This document shows positions 10,891 through 25,810 of a stretch of 64,000 nt of DNA, one piece after another (the first letter of the stretch is position 1; every line of letters starts with the position of its first letter). Where the stretch lies: assembly GCF_006345805.1 (NCBI RefSeq), contig NC_043002.1:95914001-95978000 (forward strand). The letters are read 5' to 3'. The stretch comes from Octopus sinensis. Taxonomy: Eukaryota. The notes under the pieces were generated by a model. That model had not been told where the DNA came from, ran no database searches, and saw only the letters and a list, made by a program, of their open reading frames with translations. A program made the position numbers and the translations under genes.

Positions 10891-12130
10891 CTAGCACTCA
10901 TAGCTGAATGTATAGGGGAATTAGAGAAGAAACTCCAGGCATGGAAACTAACCCTAGAATTGAGAGGTCTTAAGGTAAACCAAGCAAAAAGAAAGGTTTT
11001 AGTTAGTAGGAAAGACAGGATCCTGACACCTTCAAGGAAATGGCCTTGTTCATTGTGCAAAAAATAGTAGGTACAAACTCCATACTCTGCACCTGATGTA
11101 AGCTATAGACACACAAGAGATGTAGTGGAATCATAAGTAGACTATCCAAGAATGTAAGCATCATATGCAATAGATGAACTGGAGCTGTACATAGGAGTAC
11201 ACTGGAAATAGTTTCTCTTAAATTCACAAAAAGTAGTTGATAGCCTTTGTTACTTAAAAAATGTAATTAGCAAAGGAGGTGGTAGCTCTGAAAGTATAGT
11301 CGATAGAGTAAGAAGAGGTTGGAAAAAGTTTAAGGAGCTACAACTACTACTAACAACAAAAATATTTTCCCTTAGAGTGAAAGGCAAATCATATGACACC
11401 TGTGCATGGCAGTGAGACATGGGCCTTGAATGCAAAGGATTTGAGAAGATGGGAAAGAAATACAAAATGAAGATGTATACTCCATTTGACATGCAATGTA
11501 AGTGCACAAGAAAGACATAACACAAAGGTGCTGAGTGAAAAACTGAGTGAAAATAGGAATCAGACATAGTGTACAGGAAAGAAGACTATACAGATATGGA
11601 TAAATGCTGTGTTGGAGGCACATGGCCTAGTGGTTAGAGCAGCAGACTCGCGGTCGAGATATCGCGGATTCGAATCTCAGACCGGGCAATGTGTGTGTTT
11701 ATGAGCAAAACACCTAAGCTCCACGCGGCTCCGGCAGAAGGTAATGGCAAAACTTCTGCTGACTCTTTCGCCACAACTTTCTCTCACTCTTTCCTCCTGC
11801 ATCTTGCAGCTCACTTGCGACGGACCTGCGTCCCATCCAGGTGGGGAACCCATATGCCAAGAAACCAGGAAACCGGCCCTTATGAGCCAGGCATGGCTCG
11901 AGAAGGAACAAACAAAAATGCTGTGTACAGACAAGGACAATTGTATAAAGAAATGCTGCTCACTAAAAATGGGTTGAACTTGCAGAAGAGGGAGATCCAG
12001 GAAGACATGGAATGATGTGGTAAAGACTAATCTCAGGACTTTGAACCTCATGGAGGAAATCACAAAGGACCAAGATGAGTGGTGATATACAGTTCTCAAG
12101 AAGACCTACCCACTTCAGAGAAACTGAGGT
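10891..12130 (+). mobile_element. RTE-clade LINE relic (RT C-terminal region with Cys-rich insert), split by a SINE at 11613-11915
   Basis: NNLALIAECIGELEKKLQAWKLTLELRGLKVN..KWPCSLCKK; DSLCYL..GGSSESIVDRVRRGWKKFKEL..FSLRVKGK; many stops and frameshifts. Confidence 0.8.
11613..11915 (+). mobile_element. tRNA-derived SINE, head A + tail 3, 11-bp TSD
   Basis: Same head as 4180; different 3' half ending GGCTCGAGAAGGAACAAACAA; TSD AAATGCTGTGT at 11602-11612 and 11916-11926. Confidence 0.86.
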
Positions 12131-12921
12131 CCTGTAGAGCTGAGTGAGTCTGTACATATATATATACACACACACACATATATGAGAACAGCTGTGTGAA
12201 GTGAAGAAGTACCAAACTCTAACAGTGGAGGAAACCTGTGGAAGAGGTAGACTCAGGAAGACATGAGACAAGGTGGAGAAGCATAATCTTCAAATGTTGG
12301 GTCTCAGGGAGGCAATCACAAGTGACTGAGACCTTTGGTAATATGCTGTGCTTGAGAAAACCTGTCAAGCCAAGTGAAATCATAGTTGTGGGCAATGCTG
12401 ACGTTATATAAATGGCACATAAAAAGCACCCACTACACTCTTGGAGTGGTTGGCATTAGGAAGCGCATCAAGCTGTAGAAACCATGCCAAATCAGATTGG
12501 AACCTGGTGCAGCTCCCCAGCTTAACAGTTTTCAGTCAAACCATCTAACCCATGCCAGTATGGAAAATGGATGTTAAATGATGATAATGATGATGATAAT
12601 AGGTGTATATATATATATATATGTGGAGGCACAATGGCCCAGTGATTAGGGCAGCGGACTCGCGGTCGCAGGATCGCAGTTTCGACTCCCAGACCGGGCG
12701 TTGTGAGTGTTTATTGAGCGAAAACACCTAAAAGCTCCACGATGCTCCGGCAGGGGGTGGTGATCCCTGCTGTACTCTTTCACCACTCTTTCTCCCACAC
12801 TTTCTTCTGTTGGCCTGCTCGCTTAGCCAGCGGGGTGGCATCATTCGAAGGCTAAAACAATGTGAACGCATTGTGACCAGCGATGTGTAACAACATCTGA
12901 TGATCTGGTCAGTCACGTGAT

Positions 12922-12975
<54 letters not shown>

Positions 12976-13052
12976 ATCATTCATTCATTAATGCTGATCT
13001 CCATCCATACTTTCAATGATCACCCATCTATCCCCACAGTGCCACCACACTA

Positions 13053-14326
13053 CAGAGGTTGGACAAAATAATGGAAACACCTAGCATCATAGCATCGTAA
13101 GTTTGAAATGTCTATAAAACTGTCAAAGGCTTGTTTATTTTTATGATTTTTGATTTATTATTAATGTTGCTTAATATGTTTTGCTAAAATTGCTCTTTCA
13201 CTTAAGATATCATCAGGAAAAGGTAATTAAAATTCATTAAAATGACAGATCTACCAGATTTTCAAAGAGGTCAAATTGTTGGTGCTTGTATGGCAGGTGC
13301 TAGCATAATGAAAACAGCTGAAATGTTTGGTGTATCAAGAAGTACTGTCTCGAAAGTAATAACTTTCTTGAGGAAGAGGGAAAAACCTCCTCATTGAAAC
13401 AAAACTCCAGAAGAAAACCAAAACTTTCAGATAGGGACCGTCAGACTCTTACACGTATTGTTAGAAAGGACCACAAAAGTACAGCTCCCAAAATTACTGC
13501 AGAGCTTAATAACCACCTCGTGAACCCAGTTTCCATAAAAACTGTTTGCTGGGAGTTACACAAAGCTGGATTTCATAGGAGGGCTGCAATCAGAAAACCA
13601 CTACTTTCAAAAACAAATGTTGCAAAGCATTTAGAGTGGAGTAAAAACCTACAGAATTGGTTCCTAAAGCAGTGGAAGAATGTTATTTTCTCGGACGACT
13701 CATCTTTTAGCTTATTTCTGACAACCAGCCGAGTATACGTGTGGAGACAGCCAAAAGAAGCATTTGACCCAGACTGCCTTCTTCCAACTGTTAAACATGG
13801 AGGGGGATCTGTGATGATCGGGAGGGGGCTACATCTTGGAAATCCACTGACCCAATGGTTTCCCTTCATGGCAGAATTAATAGTGAAGACTATTTAAGTA
13901 TGTTATCTGATCAAATTCATCCTTTGGTTGCAGAACTGTTTCCGGAGGGAAACGCAATCTTTCAGGATGATAATGCACCAATTCACACAGTTAAAGTTGT
14001 TACTGAGTGGCACAAGGAACATTCTAGTGAAGTTGAACATCTTATCTGGCCACCACAGTTCCTAGATCTCAATATTAATGAGCATTTATGATGCGATTTA
14101 GAAAAACAAGTAAGGAGTCAATATCCTCTACCACCATCACTACAAGAACTGGAGACTGTTTTAGCTGAAGAATGGACAAAAATTCCTTTGGAAACAATTC
14201 AAACTTTGTACAAGTCCATAATTTGTAGGATTCAAGCTGTAATTACTACCAAAGGCAGTTCTACCCCATATTAGAATAAATTTGTTTGAAATTTTAAGGT
14301 GTTTCCATTATTTTGTCCAACCCCTG
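13053..14326 (+). mobile_element. Near-complete Tc1-like DNA transposon, DD36E (Incomer-type), inactivated
   Basis: 30-bp TIRs CAG(A/G)GGTTGGACAAAATAATGGAAACACCT (29/30 identical), TA on both sides, 1274 bp. Transposase 13242-14274 has a paired-like HTH, FSDDS, QDDNAPIH and LDLNINE, with 36 residues between the second D and E; two frameshifts and one TGA for TGG. Confidence 0.95.
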
Positions 14327-15097
14327 TATCTCCCTCCCCCTATCATCATACATCCCACCCTCTCCATACATTGTGCCTTCCCTCCTCTCTCTTCCCCATT
14401 TACTCTAGCAAGCTCTCCAACAGCATGACATTTCTCTTTTGTCCACTCTGCTTACAGTGTCATAATTTCTATTTTGCTGCCCAGCACTAACAGACGTCTG
14501 CTACCCCATCCACTCCTGACACTCCCGAATCACTCATTCCCTACACACCTAGTACCTTGAAGGACTACTCTGATACCTCATCACCACTTATATCACTTTC
14601 CAGTTCCACTGCTCCAACCTTCTCTTCTAAAATGTGAGAATTCACGTAGCTCCTCTTCAGCAAGAAACCTGTTTTGCTCCAGCCCTTTCCTCCCATACTT
14701 TACTCCTCTCTACCCACTCCAAGCATAAAGTTTTCAGTGCAACATTCTATTTTATTACATCAATAGTGACAGGTTTTGTCTATGCAAGCTGCTGGCATGA
14801 ATACATGCTACTGACAAAGCAGAAACGCACATCTAGCAACCACACCACCACTACAGAACAATTTATGATCTATACTTGTTGAAGGATGATTTATAATATA
14901 TTCTTGCAAAGGCAAATGACCTAGTGGCTAGTGTTGCACTCGTAATTACCAGATCATGGGTTCAATTCCTAGATCAGGTGGCATGTTGTGTTCTTGAGCA
15001 AAACACTTCATTTCACATTGCTCTAGTGCTGTGTGGGGACCAGCATGTCAAAGAATAGACCCAACGTTTCCTCAGTATGTCATAAAAGGTAACTTAA

Positions 15098-15321
15098 CCC
15101 TTTAGTATTCAAACTACACCTGTCAAATTTACACCTGTCTGTTTATTTATATTGTTTTGAATTAATCACATATTATCTCGAAGTTTTGAGGTTTCAACGA
15201 TATGGTTGTTTATTTTTACAGTGACATTGTAGGACTGAGGCGAGAGGCTAGATCTGGCTTGTTTCAACATCAAACAGATTAAATATTTTGGCCAGACATG
15301 GCCAGTTTGAATGCTAAAGGG
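15098..15321. mobile_element. piggyBac-type MITE (TTAA|CCCTTTAG...CTAAAGGG|TTAA)
   Basis: TTAA on both sides, CCC/GGG termini. Related copies at 25084-25295 and a truncated one ending at 27750. Confidence 0.8.
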
Positions 15322-15924
15322 TTAAAGAGGTCAAAGTAGGAATTGCACTCTGACTTTGTAAAACCCTCGCCAGCAACGACTACCTAAACAGACCCATGGG
15401 TTGGAGGGTTGTTGCCTGAGTGGTGCAAAGCTATCATCTACCAGGAGTAGGGAATCACCAACAAATGGTGGATGCACTGATGCACTGCTACAGTGCATAC
15501 CCCCATACTATTACTACTACTAGTTGATCACAGTCACCATATGATACATGCATTTGTTAATCACAGCCACAAGAGCTACCATACAATATCAGCTTTCAGT
15601 TTAAACAGCTGAAAATAAGCTTAATAGATATTATATTCCAAATAAATAAACACATGAATAGATAAAATGTTAGGCTAGAAAAAAACACATATGGCCACTC
15701 AGAAATAGTAATTCTTATTTATTGATTAGGGCATAAAAAAAAAAAGCTATTAAAGTTTCTTCCCCCAACATATCTGAAAATGATAATTTTTCTTTGAATA
15801 TATTTTTTACTGCTGGGGGTAATTTAAAGACTTATTTAGGCCAGTATAAACACACACACACACAAACACACGCACACACACATACATATATATACACACA
15901 CACATACAAGCACGAATGCATATT

Positions 15925-15955
<31 letters not shown>

Positions 15956-16218
15956 GTGGGAGGGGGGGACTAGTAGCAGCGAAAAAAACAAATGAATGCT
16001 TAAAGCATGTACATAATGACTGTTTAGAAAACACTCAAGCTGATGGACATAGGCAATATATTTAAGTAGTGCCACAGATGTATATTGTAACACACACATA
16101 CACACATATGGAGGAAGGCAATGAGAGAGAGAACGAGATAATAAATGTGTTTTATTCTGTCAAGATAAATAGATTTCTGTATCTTGCATACATAAAATAT
16201 CAAAAAGTAAATACCTAC

Positions 16219-16329
16219 CCTCAGCAAGTCATAAGCTAATGTACCTCGACCCGGTCCAAGTTCCACAACCTGCATCTTGGAAGGTTTACCACATTGCATC
16301 CACTCATTTACGCACCAGACACCTAACAA
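16219..16329 (-). CDS. NDUFAF7: NDUFAF7 coding exon 4 ([37 protein letters not shown])
   Basis: TAG acceptor, AGG|GTAGGT donor, 111 nt phase 0. SAM-binding motif [10 protein letters not shown]. Confidence 0.96.
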
Positions 16330-16612
16330 CTAGACAATATAAAAATTCAATATCAAATAATATAAACCAAATATCAATTATCACTGTAAAAAAAATATAA
16401 ATAGAATATATTTGATTATGGCCAATATATGTGCCATTAAATTAATTACAAGTAATACATAATTAGTTTTGTATAATTCCTAGGTTACTTTATAAGGAAA
16501 TTAAATCTAACTACTCAGTAATTGAGAGGTACATTATTTCATTGATCTTGGAAGGATGAAAAGCAAAGAAGACCTTGGTGAGAATTAAGTCTCAGAAAGT
16601 AAAGGGCTATTA

Positions 16613-17850
<1,238 letters not shown>

Positions 17851-19393
17851 TTAACCAACATAAGTAAACAATATGACTGTATATATATAACATCTTCAAG
17901 AATAGAAAAGGTGGGAAAGCCAAAATAGTTCCAATCCTGTGTTGGGATTTCATTTTGACACCTTTCTCTTCCATCAGGTCTGTGTTGACCTGCTTTACTA
18001 CAGACTTTTGTTATACATAATTAGTAATTTTTAACTATAGATGTTTTTCAAATATTGTGTCTGTAAATTTTTGTAACTATATATGTACATATGTACATAG
18101 AGAGAGGGGAAGAGGGAGGGGGAGAGGGGAGCTGAGAGAGGAAGAGAGAGATTTCATAATACAATTATAATGTTCAAGCAAAATACTGTCAATGTACCAA
18201 TTAATTCATTAATCAAACTAGCTACTTAGTAGAATGTGTTTTATACACACACAATAAGCAAAGATGAATAACACAAGAAGATCAAAACTTGATAAATAAA
18301 TAAGGGATTAGTTGTTTAACGTTTGTGAGTCGGAAGATAGTATCTTAACATTTTGGACATTAGGTCCTTCATCAAAAAAGAGAATTTCATAGGCAGAATG
18401 AGGAAGAGTAAAAAAAAGTAAGCATATAAAAGAAAGATAATCACAAACTTAGAAAATATTAATGATGATAAAAAAGATAACAATAACAATAGAAAAAAGA
18501 ACAGTAGGGGAGGTGCAGGAGAAAGGTGGGTGGTTGGAAACAAGAGGGTAATGCTCTCCTATGAGAGGTTCAAAGGTAAGAAGGGAGGAAGGGGCATGTG
18601 TCAAAGTGCATCTGAGTCTAGAAGTAAGAATAAAGGAAAGGTGTGCATGCGTGCGTGTGTGTGTGTGTGTGTTGGTATGCTGTATATAACTGTATAGATG
18701 TCTGCAAATGTAGAAGTATGGTGGCATTGGTTAATAGAGATGGGGAGCATTGGTGTGTGTAATTATAAAGGTGGATAGTGTGAAAGGGTGCATGGGACGG
18801 TATGAGAATAAGGGGACAATAAAGGTGTCAAAGAAGCACATAGGATAGTGAAGAGCAAGGGGGAAGGTGTTATTTCTGTGTGTGAAAGTGTATGAACAAA
18901 AGCTTTTAGGGATGAAAAAACCTTTTTATTTTTTTTTTTTTTTTTTTTTTTTTTCAGACATGCAACAGTGAAACACTTGAAAATGGGGGAGTTTGAAAAG
19001 ATTGAATTGAATTTGGGGATGAAAAGAAACGTCCAATAAATCAGTTAAAAGGGTCCAGGAAGAGGGTACAATCCAAGAAGAAAATAGATGCCAAGAGGTG
19101 AAAATTTAAATGAGCTTATACACATGTTAAAAGGTCAAAAAGTTAAGATATTATCTTCCAGCTCACAAGCATTAAACTATTACCTTACTCTGTTCTTCTT
19201 GAGTTGTTCATATGATTATCAAGTGTATGTGCATGTACATGCATGCGTGTGTGTAACACATTCTAGGCAGCTAGTTTGATTAATAAATTGCTGATATACA
19301 TAAATTAACAGTGTTTTGTTTCAATGTTATGTGGTATTCCAAAACATACCTGTACAATTTTAGCCAACACTGTATAGATAGATGTAAACGCCT

Positions 19394-19447
<54 letters not shown>

Positions 19448-20583
19448 ATCTTCATGGACAGAAACAGAAGGAGCTGAGTTAGTGACATAGTGTTTACATC
19501 TGTTCATATGTATAGATAACAGAAATTTGTATTCTGTAGTTCAGTATAGCATAGCTACATGTATACATATATATACACATTTATTACATAAAAACCTAGA
19601 ATCAAGAGGTCTAAAAGTCAACTTATATGACAGAATATACAGTTCTGCAACCACCTGATAAGAGACCCCACCCATTATCCAGAAAAGAAGTGTGTAAAGC
19701 CCCTGCACTATGTAAACAATGTAAACTATGGATGCACAGCAGATGCACTGAAATCACAGACAAGCTGACAATAAAGGACTTTGCATGTTGCAATAGTAGT
19801 TCTTGGGACACAAAACTCTGCTTGTGAAGACCTGTTGAGGCAAGTGAAATCGGAATCGAAATTGAAATCGCTCAAAAATCAATGGAAATTGTAGTTGTGA
19901 TACCAGTGCCAGTGGCACATAAAAGAACCATTCGAACGTGGCCGTTGCCAGCGCCGCCTCGACTGGCCTCTGTGCCGGTGGCATGTAAAAAGCACCAGCC
20001 GATCGTAGTCGTTGCCAGCCTCGCCTGGCACGTAAAAAGCACCCACTACACTCACGGAGTGGTTGGAGTTAGGAAGGGCATCCAGCTGTAGAAACACTGC
20101 CAGATCAGACTGGGCCTGGTGCAGCCTCCTGGCTTCCCAGACCCCAGTCGAACTGTCCAACCCATGCTAGCATGGAAAGGAGACATTAAACGATGATGAT
20201 GATGATCATCATCATCATTCAGGGTCCATTTTCCATGACTGGAACTGGTAAACCAGAGAGCAGCACCAGACTCTAATTTGTTTTGGTATGGCTTCTATGG
20301 CTGGGTGCCCTTCCTTACACCGACTATTCCATTAAGTGTACTGGATGTTTCTTACGTGTCACCAGCATGAGTGCCTTTTACACGTTACCAGCACAGAAGC
20401 CTTTTATATGTCACTGGCACATGTGCCTCTTAATGTGTCACCAGCATGAGTGCCATTCACATGTCACCAGCCCTGGCCACAACTACAATTTCACTTAGTT
20501 TGATGTGTCTTCTCAAGCATAGCAAATCGCCTTTTTCAAATGTGTAGGTTTGTTAGCAGTGATTGATAGTTCCTATTACTTAA

Positions 20584-20804
20584 CCCTTTTGTTACCAGCC
20601 TGGCTGAAACCGGCTCTGGCTCTGAGTACAAATGCCTTATTTTCATAAGTTTTGAATTAAAATCTTCCACCAAACCTTAGTCACATTTTATGTTTCTAAC
20701 ACTTAGCTTAATGATAACTAAGTTATTTTACTAAATTCTTTGTTATATTTAAAGTAATTGAAAGAAACACAGAGCATCTCAAAATTAATACAGTAACAAA
20801 AAGG
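20584..20804. mobile_element. Second piggyBac-type MITE family
   Basis: TTAA|CCCTTTTGTTAC ... GTAACAAAAAGG|TTAA. Confidence 0.72.
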
Positions 20805-22683
20805 TTAAATTACTTAATACGCAGTGGAGATAGTGAAAGTATAGTAGCTAGATTGGAAAATGTTCAGGGAAGTAATATCTCTGTTGGCAACACTTGTGCA
20901 TGAAGTGTGATAGTGCATGGGAACAAATTAGGAGCACTCCGTCGGTTACAACGATGAGGGTCCCAGCTGATACGATCAACGGAACAGCTTGCTCGTGGAA
21001 TTAACATGCAAGTGGCTGAGCACTCCACAGACACGTGTACCCTTAACGTAGTTCTCGGGGATATTCAGCGTGACACAGAGTGTGACAAGGCTGGCCCTTT
21101 GAAATACAGGTACAACAGAAACAGGAAGAAAGAGGGAGAGAAAGTTGTGGTGAAAGAGTACAGTAGGGTTCACCACCACCCCCTGCAGGAGCCTCGTGAA
21201 GCTTTAGGTGTTTTCGCTCAATAAACACTCACAATGCCTGGTCTGGGAATCGAAACCACGATCCTATGACCGCGAGTCCGCTGCCCTAACCACTGGGCCA
21301 TTGCGCCTCCACTTGGGAACAAAAACACTGGCACCGACTGAGAAGATGTGCAAAGACTGGAAATAACTGAGGTGAACACTTTCCACAAGATGAGTAATGT
21401 TAACACATACAAACAACAGCTTACAGATAATTCAAGAGAAAAAATAAAAGGTATAAGCATGATTAGCTGTGATGTGCAAGAGGGAAGACCTTGCTCATAT
21501 AGACATATGATGTATATTAAAGATTAAATTTTAGTGAAGAAGTGCAAAGTAATCCAAGTGGAAGGAGCTTGTAGTAGAGAGGAAGACGAAGTGTGAAAAG
21601 CTGATCTCAAGATGAAGGAGACGATAAGGGGCCACACATGGTGAAATGCTGTGTTAACTGAAGGATGTATGAGAAAATGGATGTTAATGGGTGAGGATGA
21701 TGATAATGATGATAATGATTATGTATTGTATATGTACAAATATATATGAGCATATACATGTATATGTGTATATGTGTGTTCATCAGAGAGATAGAGACAG
21801 AGAATGAGAATGAAAGAGAAAAAGAAAAGGAAGAAGAGGAGAAACTTCCTTTCCAAGTTTCAGTTTTAATGAACCTTCAATTATAAACTGAAAATTTTCT
21901 AAATGCAAGACCAAGGCCCTTATGACATGCACAGAAAAGACATAAGTAGGGGCAACTATCTAGGTCTTCTAACCAAGAAATTTCTCATAATTGTTGAGGT
22001 TGCAAGTGTCCCCATTTTAAGAGTTACTTTAATGTACATGTCAATGATGTTGCTTTCAAAAGGTTGTTCATTCTGTATTCTGATAAGTGTCAATATGTTT
22101 TATAAAAATAAGGCCAGTTAATATCCTGTTAGCAAGAAGGACTATACTTTTAGATGAAGTGGGTAAATTCCTCATTGTAGATAAAAGTATTTATGAGTGT
22201 TGGCATGTCTAACTTCTTTTATTTCAAAACCACATAGTCCCAATATCAATTCCCCTGTGCAACATCTTGTTCAGAAAAGAGAGTTTAAACCCATTACAGT
22301 CAGAATAAAAAAACATAAACTGCAACAATATGTTATTCACTCATATAAATCATTGCCTTTACTTCTAGTTGACAGTTTATGTATATTTTTCAGGAAAAGG
22401 ATTAATTATGCTCTTAAAAACTATTATTGATTATTTTTAATAACTTGACCATTGTTACCATCTTATTAATAATAAAATTATATTTTTTCTGAATTTTAAA
22501 TACAACTTGTTAAATGGAAGGTTGAAGAGCACTGTGAGATATTTTCACTCCATTTCAAAAGAACTATTTTACAGTACGGTCTTAAAAATTGTCATGGCTT
22601 AAACAAACCATTAAACCAAGGTGGAAAAGTAAACCAACACTCAAAACATTCCCTAAATACCAAAACAAGAAAAATATACTTAC

Positions 22684-22841
22684 CGATGTAGGATGAGTTA
22701 ATACTGTTCGCATGTAATCTGCTACGGTAATGGGACCACTAAGAGAGATTTTTGCTTTCAAGTAATTAGACAAATCCTTTGAGGTCTCAGTTGTGGATAA
22801 ACACCGATAAGGAAATGGCAATATTTTAGATGCCCGTGAAA
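22684..22841 (-). CDS. NDUFAF7: NDUFAF7 coding exon 2 (..SRASKILPFPYRCLSTTETSKDLSNYLKAKISLSGPITVADYMRTVLTHPTS)
   Basis: CTACTAG acceptor, TCG|GTAAGT donor, 158 nt. GPITVADYM..VLTHP matches the NDUFAF7/MidA N-terminal motif (human GPITVAEYMKEVLTNP, recalled). Confidence 0.92.
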
Positions 22842-24075
22842 CTAGTAGAAATTTTAAAAAATAATAAAACAGTTTGTCAACATACATTTATCCATTATAT
22901 TTTCAAAAGATAAAATAATTTTTATTTATTACATAATGTAATCAAAATGTTTGGTTATTTGTTTTTTGGTTTGTGTTTTGTATGGTTGGATAAAATGAGA
23001 AATACATTCAATATACTAAAATATTCCTCTCCCAAATACTTCTTCTTGGTAATGGGAGCTTTTTCCTTTTCATTTTCTTCTATTCTTTTATGTCTGGCAA
23101 ATTTTCATGGCAACCTCACTAGTGCTGGTGCTATGAAAAAAAAAGCACCCAGTACACTCTGTAAAATGGTTGGTGTTAGGAAGGGTTTCAAACCGTAGAA
23201 ACCATGCCAAAGATAACAGTGGAGCTTGATGCAGCCCTGCAGCTCACTGGTTCCCTGTTAAACCATCCAACCCATGCCAGAAAGGAAATCAGATATTGCC
23301 ACTTAGCTAGTTTGTTGTGTTCTGTGATTTTACATTGATTGTTTTGTGTTCCAAGTGAGCATCATGAAATTTTACCATGTCCAACAGTGACACTGATGAA
23401 AATCTCCTTAACAAGTCTGATTTCTCTCAGCCTAGCAGTGAATCAGGTACTGAAACTGGTGAAAACAACCAACAAGTAATGGAGAAGATCAAAATTACTA
23501 TGGTGATGATGTTGTGAACTCTTGGTTTAGGATTAGGGATACTGAACTAGATGGCACGTTTGAATAAATGCTGAGGTTTCAGTTTGATTCATAAAGGTTG
23601 TATTAGTTCATTGAATTTCCTACAAGAATATATATAGTTTTATATATGAAAGGAATTACTTTATTTCTTGTAATTTTTTTGAAAAATAATTGCATGCTGG
23701 GAAAAGGGCTCTGTCTTCTTGGAACTGAAACTCCAAATGAGGCTCCATCTTCAAAGGGTTAAATGATGATGATGAATAAACATTCTATCAGTTAAATAAC
23801 ATGAATAATCTATTGATAGTGATATGAGTGATTTAGCCCAAGGTCAGTTCTGATATAGCAGATCTATGATGAAAGGTGTTCTAGCCAAAACCATCTCATC
23901 ATTTACTTTAACAACAACACCTGGCTCCTGGATAACCATAGCAGAGTCCTTTCTATTGCAGGTATTCAGACAAAGTCTTCAGGGTAAGGGTAACTTCCTT
24001 CTTACCTTCCATCAGTCTCAGAGGCTTAGCAAAGGATCAGATCCTTTCTCATTGCCTTCACAAGGTTGTCCTCAT

Positions 24076-24201
24076 CACAGGTCTGTAAGAAGAGGCTGTA
24101 TCTATGGCTTCCACAGGTTTGTAGGAAGAGGATGTACCCATTGCCTTCACAAATTTGTAAGAAATGGCTGTATCTATTGCATTCACAGGCCAGCAAGAAG
24201 G
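24076..24201 (+). repeat. Degenerate 36-bp minisatellite, about 3.5 units
   Basis: Units start at 24076, 24112, 24148 and 24184 with CACAGG..TGTAAGAAGAGGCTGTATCTAT.GC.T.. Confidence 0.75.
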
Positions 24202-25083
24202 AGTTTTACACACAGACTTCAAGGACTTTCTATGACCTGTTGAATTAATGCTATTAATGTTCTTCTAAACAGTTGACAACTATAAGAAAAATATGTACAG
24301 GCACAGGTAAGAAGTTTGCTTCTAAAATAACATGATCATGGGTTCAATCTCACTGTATGGTACCTTGTGCAAGAGTTTTTTACAATAGCCTTGGCCTGAT
24401 CAAAAACTTGTGGGAGGATTCAGATGAAAATTGAAAGAAGCTCATCATGTCTATCCATCTGTCTATCAGTTAACTTGTCAATTTAGCGAGCTAGCTATCT
24501 ATGTGTGTGTGCCTTTGTGTTTGTGTTAGCCCCCTACCATTGCTTGATAACTGGTGTTGATTTGTATATGCCTCTGTAACTTGGTAGTTTGACAAAAGAG
24601 ACCAATAGAGTAGGTTCCGGGCATAAAAACAAGTACTGGGATCAATTTGTTCAAAACAATCTGTCAAAGCAGTGCCCCAGCATGGCTACAATAAAATGAC
24701 TAAGACAAGTAAAAGACAATGTCAATTCATTTATAATTTATAATGTTGAGTCAATGTTGATTTTCACAGATATCTTTGACTATCGGTGTAGTGTATAGCA
24801 GCAATTTTCATTGGTGTTTCAATGATTAAGTAATTTTCAGTAATATAGTTTACAAATGGCTTCAAGGGAGAGTAACCATGGTTTGTGATATAGGCACAAA
24901 GCCAGCAATTCTGAAAGGAGGGTTTAGTTGACATTGCTAACCCCAGTACTTCACTGTTATTGAATTTTCTGAACCTCAAAAGGATAAAAAAACAAAGTTA
25001 ACCTTAGTGGGCTTTGAACTCAGAACATAAATAGCCAGCATTTTCCCCAATGCTCAAATCATTCTGCTAGCTTGACACCTTAA

Positions 25084-25295
25084 CCCTTTAGTGTTCACAT
25101 CATTCTGCCAAAACTAATGCTTTTTTATCCACATTGTTTTGAACTAATCATGCATTATCTTGTAGCTATGAGATTTTGATGAGGTAACTGTTAATGTTTA
25201 AAATGATATTGTAGGGTTGGTGTGAGAGACCAGATCTGAACATAAAACAGGCAGAATACTTTTGGCTGGATATGGCCGGTTTAAATGCTAAAGGG
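25084..25295. mobile_element. piggyBac-type MITE, copy 2
   Basis: TTAA|CCCTTTAGTG ... GCTAAAGGG|TTAA; interior similar to 15098-15321. Confidence 0.8.
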
Positions 25296-25599
25296 TTAAG
25301 GGAGAACAATGATTCAGTGAATAGGCTTGTGACTCTATCTTTGAATTAGAAACAGGAACTTATAAATAAGAAAGTTATCAGCTTGTGCCTGGTGGCAAGA
25401 GTTTTTTGTATGATGAGTAAGGTATTAAAAAGCAAACTATTCTGTACACATGCAATGTTGTGGATGAACATACATTTTCTTTGAAATGTAAATTTGATGC
25501 AAATTCTAAATCAGAGGTCAGCGAACAGGGGTAAAAATGAAATTTTGTGGGTTAATGAAGACTGACTAGATATAAGTAAAATTATATAAAAAATGTGTT

Positions 25600-25810
25600 C
25601 CTTGTTGCAACAGAAATTCTTCTTCCGACATGAGGAGGTGATCAAAAAGTTGCTGCCTTTTACAACAACCTACCTCTGTGAACAATGATCTTACATTCTG
25701 ATGAACATAAAAACAAAGCAGAGTAATTGACTGGACCCTGAAGACTGTATCCAAATTGCTCTGGCATCAAGATTCCTCAATTTTGATATAATTGTAACAA
25801 AAACAAAACA
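25600..25810 (+). mobile_element. hAT (Buster/Charlie-like) dimerisation-domain relic
   Basis: EVIKKLLPFTTTYLCEQ*SYILMNIKTKQSN*LDPEDCIQIAL matches LLPF.TTYLCE.GFS....IK.K.RNRL. Confidence 0.7.

Noticed and set aside
21950-22200. Possible Sola-like transposase relic (RSSNQEI...LFILYSDKCQ)
   Set aside because: Similarity is faint and broken by many stops; cannot be supported without a search.
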